From assembly GCF_964204645.1 (NCBI RefSeq), contig NC_134026.1, positions 23,780,150-23,844,149 on the forward strand: a stretch of 64,000 nt of DNA. The letters run 5' to 3'. A model generated the notes under the pieces. It ran no database searches. It saw only the letters and a list, made by a program, of their open reading frames with translations, and had not been told where the DNA came from. Made by a program: the position numbers and the translations under genes. The DNA is from Tubulanus polymorphus. Taxonomy: Eukaryota > Animalia > Nemertea. This document shows, piece by piece, positions 38,021-52,600 of this stretch; within the stretch, counting starts at the first letter, position 1, and each line of letters opens with the position of its first letter.

Positions 38021-41000
38021 ATGACGTGTCAAACGTGTAGCCAGTTTTTCCTTCTGCTATTGGGGATTGCAACTTTCGGATACGCCGCGCAAGGTATTTT
38101 CTATCGATTTTGAAATATGACAGGTAGTCATAACCTTTCGAGAAAAAAATCTAGAAAGAATTCTAGAAAGAAGCTACTCTCATTTACGTTAAAGCACTTG
38201 TTTGGAATCCAAAGCCCCATTTCGCCAAATACCGAACAGTCTCGAAAGATAGATAAAGCTTGAAGGAATTAGTTTTGTAAAACCGACCCCTGAACATTTG
38301 CTTCCTAGTCTATGTAGAGGCGAGCTTTTTCGGTTTTCTTTTCAAATTGTGAGTGACGCTGATAAAGTTCGATCACTGATGGCTCCGGGACTGCAGTGTT
38401 GACTTAAGCGATTATAGAATCTTCAGAAAATATAAGCGATGAAATGCATATACTGGCGCTAAAAAAACTCTGGTTTAATCTACATGTAGTTTTCACGCAG
38501 ATATTGCGGTATCGATATAACTCATTTACATATATCGATCAAATAATTCAAGTGGTGATATACATATGTCTTATTTTAGCGTTTGGTGAATTGAAGTCGC
38601 CTAGTTTCCCCAGTAATTATCAAAAAGGTAAAACATATGATCAGAAAATACCGGCAGTGGGTAAGACTAACAGACTACAGATTCACGTCACAGATATGAG
38701 TTTAGCTGGTAATGACATGGTCTATGTTTATGATGAAAATCAGTGCAAAGGGAAGGTCCGGAAAAGTTATGATAGACAAACAAAAGATCTTCCCGATCTG
38801 ATTTTTCTGTCCAACGATGCAGCGTGTGTTCGCTTTGAAAGAAGCACAGGAGGGGCAAAAGGATGGCGCATTGAGTACACAGGTGATTTTCTAGTTGACT
38901 CAAAGTTTGTTTTTTTTTAGATGATCATTTCGAAAAACTCATCCATTGGACTTTTTCGAGTTCGATTTATTTTTCATTTTTCAAGGATTTCCGAAATGCG
39001 GCGGGACATACACTAGCGTCACAGGCAATATAATGAACCCAAATTATCCGTATAATGACTACGCGAATAATCAAGATTGCAAATGGAGAATCCAGCTTGG
39101 AAAAGGACAGAAAATAGAATTTGCGATACAGGAATTTGTGCTAGATTCCTGTGCGAAATCTTCCGTAACATTTACCAACATACAAGGACATGCTAACAAT
39201 GAGTTAAAACTATGCAATAAACCATCGAAAGCAATTGTATTCAAGAGTCTGAATGAAGAATCGACTGTTTCATTTCAATCGGGCCGCAACTTTTTTACAA
39301 GTCAAAAAGGGTTCTGGATAAAATACAGGGGTATATATGTCCATCTTTCAACTATTACACAACATGCTTCCTTATCAAATTGTAATGCACAATGAAAAAG
39401 TAAAATCACGATTGAGTGAAGATTGTGTTTGTGCCACAGATCGTGTAAAACCGAGGCATTTTTTTATATAATTCCAGCGCTTGGCTGCAAAGAGGAAGAT
39501 ATTCCGGCGGGCGGAAAAAGAGTTATTCTCAACAAAAGCACATTTTATGACTTCGGTTATGTTCTTAAATTCAAATGTCAGAAGAATTATCAATTTCCAA
39601 ATGGTACTTTAGAGGCGGCTGCGATATGTAAATCCAACGACAAAACTGGCTCTCATTGGGACGGGCTGGTACCGGAATGTGGAGGTGAAAAGAGTCTTTT
39701 TAAAAAATGTGAAAATATCATACGTATTGAAATCAAGCCTGTTATTATTATCATTATTATTATATTGCCATTGCAGTTGTACATAGATATTCGTTACTTT
39801 ATTCATGTAGATTTTTCATTTCAAATCGATTTCATTTTTTTTTCAAATAAGAATCGTGAATTTCTTCTGCAGAAATATATTGCGGAGATCCCGGAGTTCC
39901 AGTATCAGGTGAGGTAACAGTGATAGGAGATTACGGAACTGGTAGTACAGCTCAGTATACATGCCTAAATGGAACTTCAATTGTTGGAAACGAAATAAGA
40001 GAATGCGATGAACATGGAAACTGGACTGGCGAGCTACCATATTGCAAACGTAAGTATTCTTTAGAACAGGATATGACATATGAAATGAACTCACCTTAGT
40101 AAAATACCCTGTATTAGGAGAAGGATGAACTCTCATTTGTAGTTATTATACCAGTTTGTAGTTCGATCTCTGATAATTTTGGTATATATGAATAATGATA
40201 ATGCAATTTGAAATAATCATGAGGGTATAATTCTAGAAAATATAGCTTCTAACATTCTAATATGCAATATTCTTTATCAATCCAACAACCATTCGTTCTA
40301 TTAGCAGCAATTTTTTTCTAAACCAAAGCTCAGCTTAGAAAATCTCCGATCATTCTGCAGATAGTCCTCCTGGTTGTTGCGATGATCCTGGTGAACCCGG
40401 ACACGGTGCCATGCACGGAAATAATTTCACGATTGGTTCACAAATCTCTTTCACATGCGATATCGGTTACATATTAATCGGTGCGACTACACTTCATTGT
40501 ATTGATACTGGGCTTTGGGACGCGAAGATACCGTATTGCCAAAGTATGTATAATCAAACATTCTTCTCGTAAGGTACGACTTGTTTGGTACACAAACTAA
40601 TCATCATTTTATCGTTTCTGCATTTAACCAGTCGTTGAATGCCCAAGTCTCGATAACCCAACGAATGGACACATCGAAAAAGACGATTTCGACGAATTTG
40701 GGGATATAGTAACGTATAAATGTGACGATGGTTTCCGCATAAAGGGCTCAGAACACACCCGCACTTGTACTTGGAACGGAACGTGGAGTCTGCCTATTCC
40801 AAAATGCGAAGGTGCTTTATCCGAAGTACAAATTTCAATATAAGACCATATTTTAGATTGTAATTTTGAATATCCTCTTTGTAGTAATCGCTTGTGGTGT
40901 ACCAGCCGGGAGTCCGTATGGCAGCGTGACGTACACCGGTGTAACCATTAACAGTACGGCTAACTATTCATGTAATGCCGGTTTCCAAATGGACGGCCCA

Positions 41001-42475
41001 CACGAACGAACCTGTCTCCCAGATGGCACATGGAGTGGTGATCCACCTATGTGTATAGGTAAATCCGGGTGACGACCTCATCCTATCCTAACATCATATA
41101 TCTTGCGGGAAAATGCTGTTATCCTTATTCGGTGATTTATTTAGTGAACACAGGGGTCCGATACAAAGTTTCTTTTCACCCAGTATAAACTTTTGCGCCA
41201 GGCCCTGTGATCACTTGAGCTCATGTTCTTACAGCTTACAGTTGCAAAGACTTGAAAAATATAAGCAATGGCGATCTCGATATGGACGGTAACCTGTACA
41301 CGAATAACGCAACATTTACGTGCCACGAAGGATTTCACATGCCCCTGACAGGGAACCCTACTACTCTTACAGTCACATGTTTAATGAGTGGAAATTGGAG
41401 CGCGACTGTCACTGAGTGTATTCGTAAGTGTTTATGATGATTATAACAACTTAATGATTAATACTTCTTCAATGCGTCTATCGTTGATAGTCTTTTCCGT
41501 ATAGGCGTAAAGCTTGGCAGATTGATTGCATCCTCTTTTACCATTTTATTAGCAACTGTGAAAACAACAACGTCCAAAAGTGCGGTTACTTCACATGTCA
41601 CGAGTAAGCCTACGACATCATCAAACGGAGGAGCGAGCGGAAGTGGAGGTAAAGTTCGGTATTTTTAGGCATCGCCGCTATAGAAGTCGCATTACTAAGA
41701 ATTGAGCTATGTATATATAACAAAAAGTTTTAATAATTGTGAATTACATTTGTCTTTGGTCCATGCGTATCTTGATGGAAATACTCTCAAAATACATGAA
41801 TAGATGGGATATCTTATTGATAATAAATATCTGATATTGGTTAAATTTAGGTAAAGACTCACAGAAAGGCGCCAATCAGAATGGAGATTCGTGTATGTAA
41901 TGCATTCTTTTATTTCATCGTGTTATCAACCTCTTAGTAGATACTGAAATGTAGACCTTGAAATAAGTAGCCTCAATTGAATACCTTGAAATTGTTGCGA
42001 TGTTTCTCGGTGGAACTGGATAATTTTGTGACTTTTCTTTTCGTTAATCAAAAATACAATTCTCCTTTACAGCAACAGGACTGATTATAGGGGGCGTACT
42101 ATTAGGCATCGTATTTGTATTGTTTGTCTTATTGACGATCTGGTACATTCGAGCAAAGTAAGTATGGATAACATTTTTTTCCAATTTCAACAACTTGTTA
42201 ATGTACACTATTTGTTAAGTTCTTTTCTAAATGAAATGTTTCTTTCTCATTTATTTTGGCACAGACGGAAGGCAAATGAGCCAGTAAATAGTACTGGATT
42301 TGAAAATCCCATTTATGCATCTTCAGCCAATCCTTCGATAAATATCAGCTCCGTTGGTGCGGTGGAGTATAGCCCTTCTTCAGTAGGCACTAACGAGCAA
42401 TCGGGCAATAGACTCAGCAGAGAGGGAGGTGCTCTAGTCCTTGAAAATAGTCTCTACGGCATTACTGATGCCTGA
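38021..42475 (+). CDS. CUB-CUB-Sushi(6)-S/T-TM type I membrane receptor, paralogue 1
   Basis: Signal peptide exon MTCQTCSQFFLLLLGIATFGYAAQ; CUB exons at about 38580-38883 and 38986-39330; six one-domain Sushi/CCP exons at 39478-41423; a short S/T stalk; TM GLIIGGVLLGIVFVLFVLLTIWYI; tail containing GFENPIY and ending LENSLYGITDA*. Confidence 0.85.
41151..41207. mobile_element. 57-bp mini-MITE remnant in an intron
   Basis: CAGGGGTCCGATACAAAGTTT ... AAACTTTTGCGCCAGGCCCTG inverted ends. Confidence 0.4.
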
Positions 42476-42949
42476 AATATTTACGTATTAACTTCCAGAT
42501 ATTCCATATTCTGTACATATATTACGATAGACATTCATGAATAATCATTATTAACAGAAATAATTGCAATAAAGTAGCGAATTTATCATCTTTTTTGTTA
42601 ATCTTTTTTGAAATGCCACACGTTTTGTTGTTTGTTGCTGTTATGTTTTTGTTATTCACTCCTGGCTCTTGATTTAAAGACCCATGAAGATACATGCCAC
42701 GAAAGGGCCACGAGAATGATGTTGATTTCCAGCACTTCTTAAACGTTGAACCCATGATTCCATGTGTTTTCGTTAATTTTCAAATCTGAAACTTTTAATA
42801 CGATGGCGGGATCTACCCTTTCCTAAAAAGGATACAATTATGGAATAGAAACAACGAAGTAGCGGACGTCCAAATACAAACAGCATTGAATGACGTAGAG
42901 AATTTTGAAATTGCTACAATTTCGTAGAAAGAATGCTTTCGTTAACTAA

Positions 42950-43375
42950 TGTGATGTGAGTTGTTATGGTGGCCGATGTGTAAATTTATCCAAGGTGCAT
43001 TCACTTATATATCACTTATCAAAAATCACTTCAACAGAACGAACACGTCAGGAACGCAAAATGCTATTAGATTATTATCAGAAATTCAGAAACTAATACC
43101 CGAAGTTCAATTTTGCAACGCTAATGGCTTTAGCAAAAAGAACGTCTGATTTGGATACAATATTCAATATTGATTATCAACAAGTTATCCACTTCGTGTT
43201 CAAATCTATGAAGGATCTACTTCCGAAGCAATACAAGAATTTATTTACAATAAGCAAAGCACACAGCCACAATACACGTCGATTTCAGGAATTAGATATT
43301 ACTTTCACAAAGACTTATTACAGACAATTTTAATCTATGAAGGCCCAAAACTATGGAACTCGGTACAAAAAAAAA
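42950..43375 (+). mobile_element. Decayed 3' end of a non-LTR retrotransposon ORF2 (CR1/L2 group, Crack/Daphne-like)
   Basis: Frameshifted peptide NAIRLLS ... HFVFKSMKDLLPKQYKNLFTISKAHSHNTRR ... YEGPKLWNSV matches the post-RT C-terminal pattern (LP..F, H.YNTR, GPKLWN) of these LINEs. Confidence 0.65.
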
Positions 43376-43397
43376 TCTAAAATCATATCATTCTCTT

Positions 43398-43579
43398 ATT
43401 ACAATAGAAAGTATTGTACGTATGAGTAAGTTATACAAAATATTGTAAAATAAGACGTTGGGCGACTGGTGAAGTTAAAAGAAACCGGGTAATAAGTTTC
43501 TTTTAACTACACCAGTCGTCCAACGTATCTTTTTACAATATTTTGTATAACTTACTCATACTATACTTTCTATTGTAAT
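43398..43579. repeat. Near-perfect palindrome (about 85-bp arms, about 10-nt loop)
   Basis: ATTACAATAGAAAGTAT...GTTAAAAGAAAC [cgggtaataa] GTTTCTTTTAAC...ATACTTTCTATTGTAAT. Confidence 0.9.
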
Positions 43580-43596
43580 TTAATTCGTAAGTAAAC

Positions 43597-43860
<264 letters not shown>

Positions 43861-44106
43861 AGTAATTGTGATAATTGAGAAATGACAATGAGTTACTGGT
43901 TACTAAGTTAATATTTAGCTTCGGTTTATTGATGTACATATGTTATGCGTGCTACCCAAAGGTCGTATTAAGAGAGTCTTATCAATTTATAACTATACTT
44001 GTCCGGACAGTCAGCCGATATTATGGGTAGCATGAGCTGACTGACATTAGTTATGCAGCGATATCACCAGTCGGACTTGTACATTGGGGACTGCGCTATC
44101 TTTTAA

Positions 44107-47100
44107 ATGATGATCGTGTATCTTAACAGCGCAACACGACTTTGGTCGTTGGTATTCTTGCAGTTTCTTACATGCGCCGAAGTAATTGGTAAGTTAAATC
44201 CAACTGTAACATATACCATAAGTACAGTACCCTCAATACACGGAATGCGATCGGAACAATAGATCTTGAATGGAAAGCAACAGTCTGAGGACTTAAAATC
44301 GTCAACATCTACAATTTATCCAAATTATTACTACATGTTGTAGTTCTATGACCTGCAGTTGCAAAATGAATGGTAGAATCCGTTTTAAGTTTTATTGGGA
44401 CTTTAAGAAACTATCATTTTACCTCTTTTAAAGATATCTACTATATTATCTAGGCTACGTACAAACCGTATATGAAAGCCTATGATAATCCCTGTCGAAT
44501 TTCCTGTAATTCGTGTTTAGGTGACCGTAATACTGCACCGAAGGAACCATTCGTTCGTTATCTGAAATCTATCTGCCTGATATTCGATTGAGTTCAATCT
44601 ATTTGAAGATCTAAAATACAATTGAAATATGCCATATTTGATATGAATTTAATATGATCACGTGTGGCGGTATGATTAGCTTTTAATAACTCTGACGTCG
44701 AATACTATATATGTGGATATGAAACATTTTATGGCATTACAAAAAGGTTATATGAAATTTTCAATTTGGAATTTGTGTGAACTATTCATTTTGCAGCGTA
44801 TTCAGGGACACTGTCTAAATTCCTTTAAAAAATCACATCAAAAAGAAAATGACATGGTAAACCAGGTTAAGCAATGAACGTACCCAAGGAAATAAGTCGG
44901 TGATACTAGAGCTTGAGGGTAGTTAGAATAAATATAATGACGAATAGCCCTCCCACATGTCCCAAGTTCTAACGAACATACCATACGCACAAGAATTAGA
45001 GCCATTTACCTTATATGTATATTAAGTTAATATTGCTAAAAGTATTTTTAGCTTTATCATTACATATATCATTTATCCCTGGTTCTTTTTTTCGCGGTTA
45101 GGATACGATGGTTTGATAACGTCGCCGAATTTCCCATCAAAATACCCGCCTATGGGAAGAGCAAAGCAATACAAAATCACGAAAAAGTCTGGAAGCAGGA
45201 TACAACTATATGTTACTCATATGGACCTCAATCCAGCTGATAAAGTATATATTTATGATGGGGGATCATGTCGGCATTATACAATATGGCCCCATTCATC
45301 TTACGAACGACGCGTCTACAGTGGTCCATATAAAGATTTGCCAGACTTGCTTTTTATGACACAAGAAAAAGCTTGCATTGAATTCAAAGGATTTTCTGGT
45401 GGCTACAGCGGTTTTAGGATTGAACAAAAAGGTAATGAATTTTTCCAACGTAAAAATATACATTCGTAATTCACAGAATCTGAATCCCCAGTGATCAATT
45501 TATAATAACAGTGATTAATTTGTCTGTAGTCTATAATCTATACGTTGTATCCTTTGTAGCTGTTCCGAAATGTAATGGCATTCATACCGACTTTAAAGGG
45601 AACATAATGAACCCAAGTTACCCGTACTCGGATTACAGTAAAAACATGGACTGCAACTGGAAAGTGGAATTGTCAGCTGGCCAACGAATTGAATTTACGA
45701 TACAGCAATTTCAGTTGGATCCAGACTATTGCAAACACACGTATGTTAAATTCACGAGAATTCGAGATCACGCCAACAACGAACTAAGAATATGCGGCAA
45801 GAGGGGTCGTCTGCGCTTGACGAGCGTAAATGAAAAAGCTGAAGTTTCATTTCAATCTGGTTTCTACTGGTTTAGGAGCGATAAAGGATTCTGGGTAAAA
45901 TATCGAGGTAATTATTATTCATTAAATGAATTATGAACTTAACTATGGGTGATACATCGCACTTTTTAAGAACGCAATCGACGAAGGAGTTTTCACGACA
46001 GAAATTTATCATTCGTTGTTCATCATACCGCGTACAGTCAAATCTAAATGTTACATTTTTGGTTAGCTCTAGGATGCAAGGAAGATGATATCCCAACTGG
46101 TGGTAAGCGATCCCTAATTAACAAATCGGCCTACTATTATTTCGGCTACGTGGCAAGATTTAAGTGTCAGTACGGATACGAGTTCCCAGCTGGTGCCGTG
46201 GAGGCAGCAGTAAGCTGCACAGAAAATGACTCGACTGGACCGTTTTGGAAAGGAAATATACCGAACTGTAAAGGTATGTATGTACATATTCCCATTGATT
46301 AACTATCTTCAGTTTGATAGCGGATATCCATATTTCGTCATATTTCAGAAATACTATGTGGCGATCCCGGTTTTCCACCCGGTGGAGGTTTCTCTCTTAC
46401 GAATGGTCGTAGAGTCGGAAGTGAAGCCAAATACAAGTGTAAGGAAGGGTTACTTATTGGGAATGAAGTCCGTAAATGCCAAATTAGCGGAGAGTGGACA
46501 GGAACAATACCGAGATGTCATAGTAAGTATGGTTTAGATTCAAAAGCTATATCTGTTTTCTAATTTGCATTTTGATCATATTTCGGCAAATTCTACAATC
46601 CGATATAAATCATCTATAGTTGAACCAGCCGATCAGTGTGATGACCCTGGTGAACCGAACCATGGGATGAAAATCGGCAACGATTACAGCACTGGTGCGA
46701 ATGTCAGCTTCATTTGTGACATTGGTCACGATTTAGAAGGTAGTGCGGTTAGATATTGTCTTGAAAACCAAACTTGGAGTGGTGAACAACCCAAATGTAA
46801 CAGTAAGTTGCAGCAGTAATTTTCCTGTGTTGAAATGATTACCAAGTTTTTTTCTATATTCATTACAAAACCTATTACAGTACGTACTTGTCCTCCACTG
46901 ACAGCACCGGTCAACGGTGCAGTTAATGCTAGCGGTTTTCAATTTGGAGATGATGCTGTTTACGCATGCGACACTGGATTCATCTTGACCGGCTCAAACC
47001 TCCGCAGCTGTTCCCATTTTGGAAACTGGACTGAGTCGGATCCTATTTGTAAAGGTAGGTAAATATATCGATATTTTCTTGGTCTGGAATGTATAGATAA

Positions 47101-49041
47101 CTAAACGTATTGGATTTACTTAAAAAACCAATCCAAGCTCTTCAGAGAAATGTATTGTTTCTGTATTGCAGAAGTAGAATGTCCTCCACCTGTACACTAC
47201 GTGCATAGTGATGTTGCCTATAATGGTGTTTCTGTCAATAGCATGGCTACATATTCGTGTGACATCGGTTTCGAAATGGAAGGCCTAAAAGATAGAATCT
47301 GTCAAATTGACGGAACATGGATTGGCGATCCACCGATTTGCAACGGTAATTAGCTTCTTCCCTATCTTGCTATATGCTTACAGAATTCTAGTATTTTGTA
47401 TCAATCATCTTTTGCTAAGAAATGTGGTTATGTGGCTGGTCTGGAAACTGCATTCTCCGGTATGTTATGATCCATCAAAGGATATCAATTCTTCAAGACG
47501 TTCATAAACGCCTTACGTTATGGTACCCTAATGTATAAATTTTCAGATGATTCTGATATAAGCTCTTTCTGAAGTGACAATTGGCTAATTTCAGCGATCC
47601 GATGTGGAATGCCGGAAAACATAACGAATGGTAGAATCGATATACCTGACGACCTTTATATGCATAACGCGACATATACCTGTAATGCTGGATTTCATAT
47701 TCTTGCTGATGGTAATCCAACCTCAGTAATAGTTACCTGCTTGATAACTGGTAATTGGAGCCAGTCCAACCTTGATTGTGTCCGTGAGTAAATACAGCCT
47801 GCAACAAAAGATTAATAAAGATTATGACAAGACAGTTAATAAGTCTCCAATGTGTCTATTCTAGAAATTACCAGTAGCACAACGCCTATACCAACAATTT
47901 CATTGAAAACAAGTGCAAATACTTTTAAAACGACGGAAAATACAAAACCAAATGGAGAAACGACGAAGACCATCTCGGATGGACCTACGAAACATACAGC
48001 AGTCATGACCAGTGAATCGTCTTCGACCAGTGCGCCATCTATATTGCCCTCCACAACAAGCGGGTATACGGACATCACAACCGGTAAAATAAGACCATCA
48101 TCAGCGGGTTCAAAGAAACCAACGCCAGTGACTGGTGAGTCGTCTACATGTACTTCCTCCAGTGCAACACGTAATGTTACCTCGGAATCAACTGATCACA
48201 CAAGCACATCCCCCATCAACACATCACCTACTTCCACGGATGTTATATCAACGTCAACGTTCCGTTCAATCACCCCAAATGACACAAGTTAGTACTTTCC
48301 GTGATCTAATATACTAGAATGATCTTCTTAATAGGTGACTCTGTTTTTTTTCATTCAAAGGTGTCCCTCCCACCGATCTGCAGAAGAACACGCAAGACGA
48401 GACTCCTGGTAATCTTCTGTCGATACATGTGAATAATGTACAAACGCAATAAGTTTTCAAGCTTTTTTACTGTTATTTCCTTAAATTGAGTCTATTTTTG
48501 CCATTGTAAGGATCCGGTGTTATCATTGGTTGTGTGGTCGCTGGACTAGTGCTGTTTATTCTGGTGACGCTGATGGCTTACTACGTAAAGAACAGGTAAA
48601 CCAATCATCGATATCGTCTTATGCAACCATGAACACGCACTAGCTCAGATATGAATTTCGTCTTATTCTTTCGCCCCACCGTTGGAGGCCGTGAGGCAGC
48701 GATAACTGAATCAGGGACGTAGTTCATGACCTCTTAGCCAGTTAGCGATATCAATTAAATTCAATCTTGCGACGATGATAATTTCAACAACCTTATTCGA
48801 AGTTTTTTCAATTCTATTTTTGATTATTTGAACCTATAGGCGTGCTGCATATACATCAGAGACTCCCGCGAACGGATTTGAGAATCCTATCTATGCCAAT
48901 CCTCATGAATCTCCGATACAAATCAACAGTGATGGTGACGTGGAATATAAGCCATCGGGTAGAACTACCGATATCTTCTTAAATCGCAATGACGGTGCGT
49001 TCGTGTTAGAAAATGCCCTATACGGTGAAACAAATGCTTGA
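44107..49041 (+). CDS. CUB-CUB-Sushi(6)-mucin stalk-TM receptor, paralogue 2
   Basis: Signal exon MMIVYLNSATRLWSLVFLQFLTCAEVI; CUB exons at about 45102-45431 and 45560-45907; six Sushi exons at 46067-47783; a ~140-aa S/T/P-rich exon at 47865-48288; TM VIIGCVVAGLVLFILVTLMAYYV; tail containing GFENPIY and ending LENALYGETNA*. Confidence 0.85.
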
Positions 49042-49624
49042 TTAGACACCATTTGTGAAATATATTCTATACATTCTATACATTATATCACTATCAGAGT
49101 TATGTAATGATCTAATGTTGTTGCGCATGTACAGAAAAGATAAATGTGCTAAAACATCGGTAGCAACTAAAATATATAATGCCATCTATGGGAGAATGAA
49201 AATGTATACACAATAACTACATAATACTATGTTTTATCATTCAATAAATACATCAGTGATTATTTTCTCTTGAAATACGGTTATTTTTTGTCGTCTTTGC
49301 TTTGTTTCTATTGAAAAAGGACTTTACGCAGAATTAAATCCTTTTAGGTTTGTATAGGTAGGCTTTATAGTTTAGCAGGAAATACACCATAGTCCGATTG
49401 AAGACAAGAACTATGACCAGGAAGCTGTTGTTAATCTACGTTGATATCTAAATGGACTCTAGAACGGTATTATGCGTGATTACACGTATATGGATCAAAA
49501 TAAGATTTTTTTCATGTCTTAATCGTGTCCCACTAATCTAATATTAATATTGTCATGATAAAGAAAAGTAACTCATGATCATAGGACACGAATACTCAAT
49601 TAAGCTGTAGGGCACTGTCTTAGA

Positions 49625-52600
49625 ATGACGTTCATTCGGATTATTATCGACCTGTTAATCTTCATTTTTCTCGTGGAATGTACATCTGGTAGGGTCTAAT
49701 TGATTTAAACTTTAATTTTCGAATGAACCAAAGACGTTTAAAATTGCATAAACAATTCTTCATTTTTCTTCAAAAAAATACCATTTAGGAACCGTACATC
49801 GGGTTAAAACACCAACAGATTATCCAAAACCGTATACGAGAAGTATGACAGGTACAACGGAAAGCGACCGAGCAAACATGATAATACGTGCAAAGGTTGC
49901 AGAACTTGATTTTAATGGTAGGGATTACCTACAGATTGCAGACACAGTTTCCAGTTCGTGCTTCATCACAAAGGAAAGTTTGATTGCCGAGTACGACAGA
50001 GACAACAGAAAGTACGAGAAATACGTACTTTTTTCGCAGAATCCGCAAATATGTTACAATTTCCAAGTTCGAAGCCGGTATCCAAAAAATACAAAACACA
50101 CAGGTTTTAGGATTGAAATGACAGGTAAGGGTTTACATCACACCAACAAACGAGAATATATTTCCAACCATTTTCTAGAAATAAATGACTCATTCAAATA
50201 AATGACTCTCTCAAAATAATAATTCATTTACGATTAACTTATGATACAATAATCTTAACATTCATACGTATCACGTTTTTTCTCCTATCAAAAATAAATC
50301 GGTATGGATTTTACTCACCATACATTATGTGTTTCTAGAAATACCAAAATGTAATGGTAACTTCATAAATTACGATGAGGGTGATATAGTCTCGCCAGGT
50401 TATCCCAAATGTAAGTATAAGCCCGGCACGCATTGCAAATGGAATATCTTCGCTGAGGTGGGACAACGATTGGAAATAACGTTCATCGAATTCGAACTAC
50501 GATTAAATAACGACAAAGTAATGATAGATTCGGGGAGACATTATGAATTTACGAATCGCAAGGGAAAAAAGGGAAAGCCCTTCGTCACATACTCATATAA
50601 TGCAACTGTTGAATTTGTAACATTTGGCACATGGAATAGCCATAAGTCTTATGATGGATTTCGACTCAGTTTTTCAGGTGAGAATATGATCTCGGATCTA
50701 AGTCTAGTAGATCAGGTTTTTATTGTCTTCTCTGACACAAGCAACTGTTCTTTTTTTAGTCGTTGGATGTAAAGACAGATATCTGCCAAGAGGGGGCCAT
50801 CGAAAGTTCGAAGAATTCGATAGATATTATCACGATGGATTTGTTATGAGATATAATTGCCATACTGGTTTTAAGTTACCGAACGGGGAGCACAGGGGCA
50901 TGGTTGAGTGTAAGCGAAATGGAAATGAATGGGCCTGGAAAGGGCGAGTGATTGATTGCATCGGTAAGTGAAAAATTGTGCAACATACACCATCATGCAA
51001 GAAGTTAATTTTCCCAAATCGGTGACATACATTGATCTAGCACCAGCTTCAAACCCTGTCTATTGGTGATTGTGATTATTCTCAGTAGTATGAGAGGTTG
51101 AATGATAGTGCCCGAGTTCGTACTCGGTCTACTGATGAGATTCATCGGTTATTTTCAGGTGTTACATGCAGCAAACCGGGAAAACCCACGTATGGTGACG
51201 TCGTATATGCTGCAACAGAATACGGAAGTAAGGCTACGTACAGTTGCAGTCAAGGCGCATCATTGCATGGTGATAACGTCAGAACTTGTCTCGGAAATGG
51301 CCAGTGGTCTGGGGAAATTCCAACATGCACTCGTAAGCGCCTTTTGAACTTTAGAAGCGGATGAGAAAATATATTTATATATTGTTAAGACAGCTGACAT
51401 ATCGTTATTTCAGCCGTATCAACTGTCGCTCCCATATGTGATGATCCCGGTAGACCTCAGGATGGAAAGAAATTAGGAGATGATTATAGCCTTGGTTCCA
51501 TTGTAACATTTGAATGTGATGTAGGACACAATCTCATCGGCGAAAAACAGATAACTTGCATAAAAGGCAAATGGAACCACCCAGTTCCCGAATGCAGATG
51601 TAAGTTCTTAAGATACGTTTTGCCGAAACTCTATATAATCAGAAGCCGGTACGTGATATTTGCATTTTTCATTTGAAGTGGTGACATGCCTTCCGTTATC
51701 TAATCCCAAAAATGGAGTCGTCGTTCTAGATGGACTAGAATATGGCGATGTTGCGATTTATAATTGTTCGAAGGGATATATTTTAAATGGAACGGAAACC
51801 AGGCAGTGTAGCGAGGATGGTAACTGGATGAATGATCCTCCCATATGTCGAGGTGAAATCTCCTAAACATTTATCGACTTATCGTATTGATGAGGAGAGT
51901 GCTATAGATTATCGAATCTCCAGAGATTTATACAACTGTCTGGACAAGGAAATATGATTTTTTAAGATATCTTTTTCAGAGGTCAATTGCGAGGCTCCAA
52001 GATATAATGCCCACTGTACGGTAGAGGTAAGTGGACAAGGGCTTGGGGAAGTGGCTACATATAGCTGTGATACTGGTTACAGGTTGCTGGGATTAGAACA
52101 AAGATTCTGCGAGGCAAACGAAATGTGGAGTGGTGAAGCCCCGTCCTGTGAAAGTAAGTTGATCTAAGATGCCACATACCCAAGAAAAAGCATTCTAGAT
52201 GCTTACTTTTTACGTCTTTATTAAGACAACTAGGACGGACCAGAATAATAGTACAATGATTGATTGAATTTGAAAAGAAATACAGGGGATCATTAGGGGG
52301 GGGGGGCGATAGGTGTGAACGCTCCCTCTTTTTGAATTTGAGTTCTGCAAAAAATGAAAGTCCAAAATGATTTTAACAATTTCTGCACTTTGAGTACTCG
52401 AACCACAAACCACGATGTTTGAGTGCGACTTCGAGGTCGAATGATTATGAAAAGATATGTTTGGCTGTTCTTCTATTCCCAAAAAACCTCTCCCTAGAAA
52501 AAATTTTAGCGACACCCCTGTAATACACGTTCTGGGGCTTCAGACGAAGTCCATGTAGCTCTTACCGATATATTGTTACTATAGCCATTACGTGTTCCTC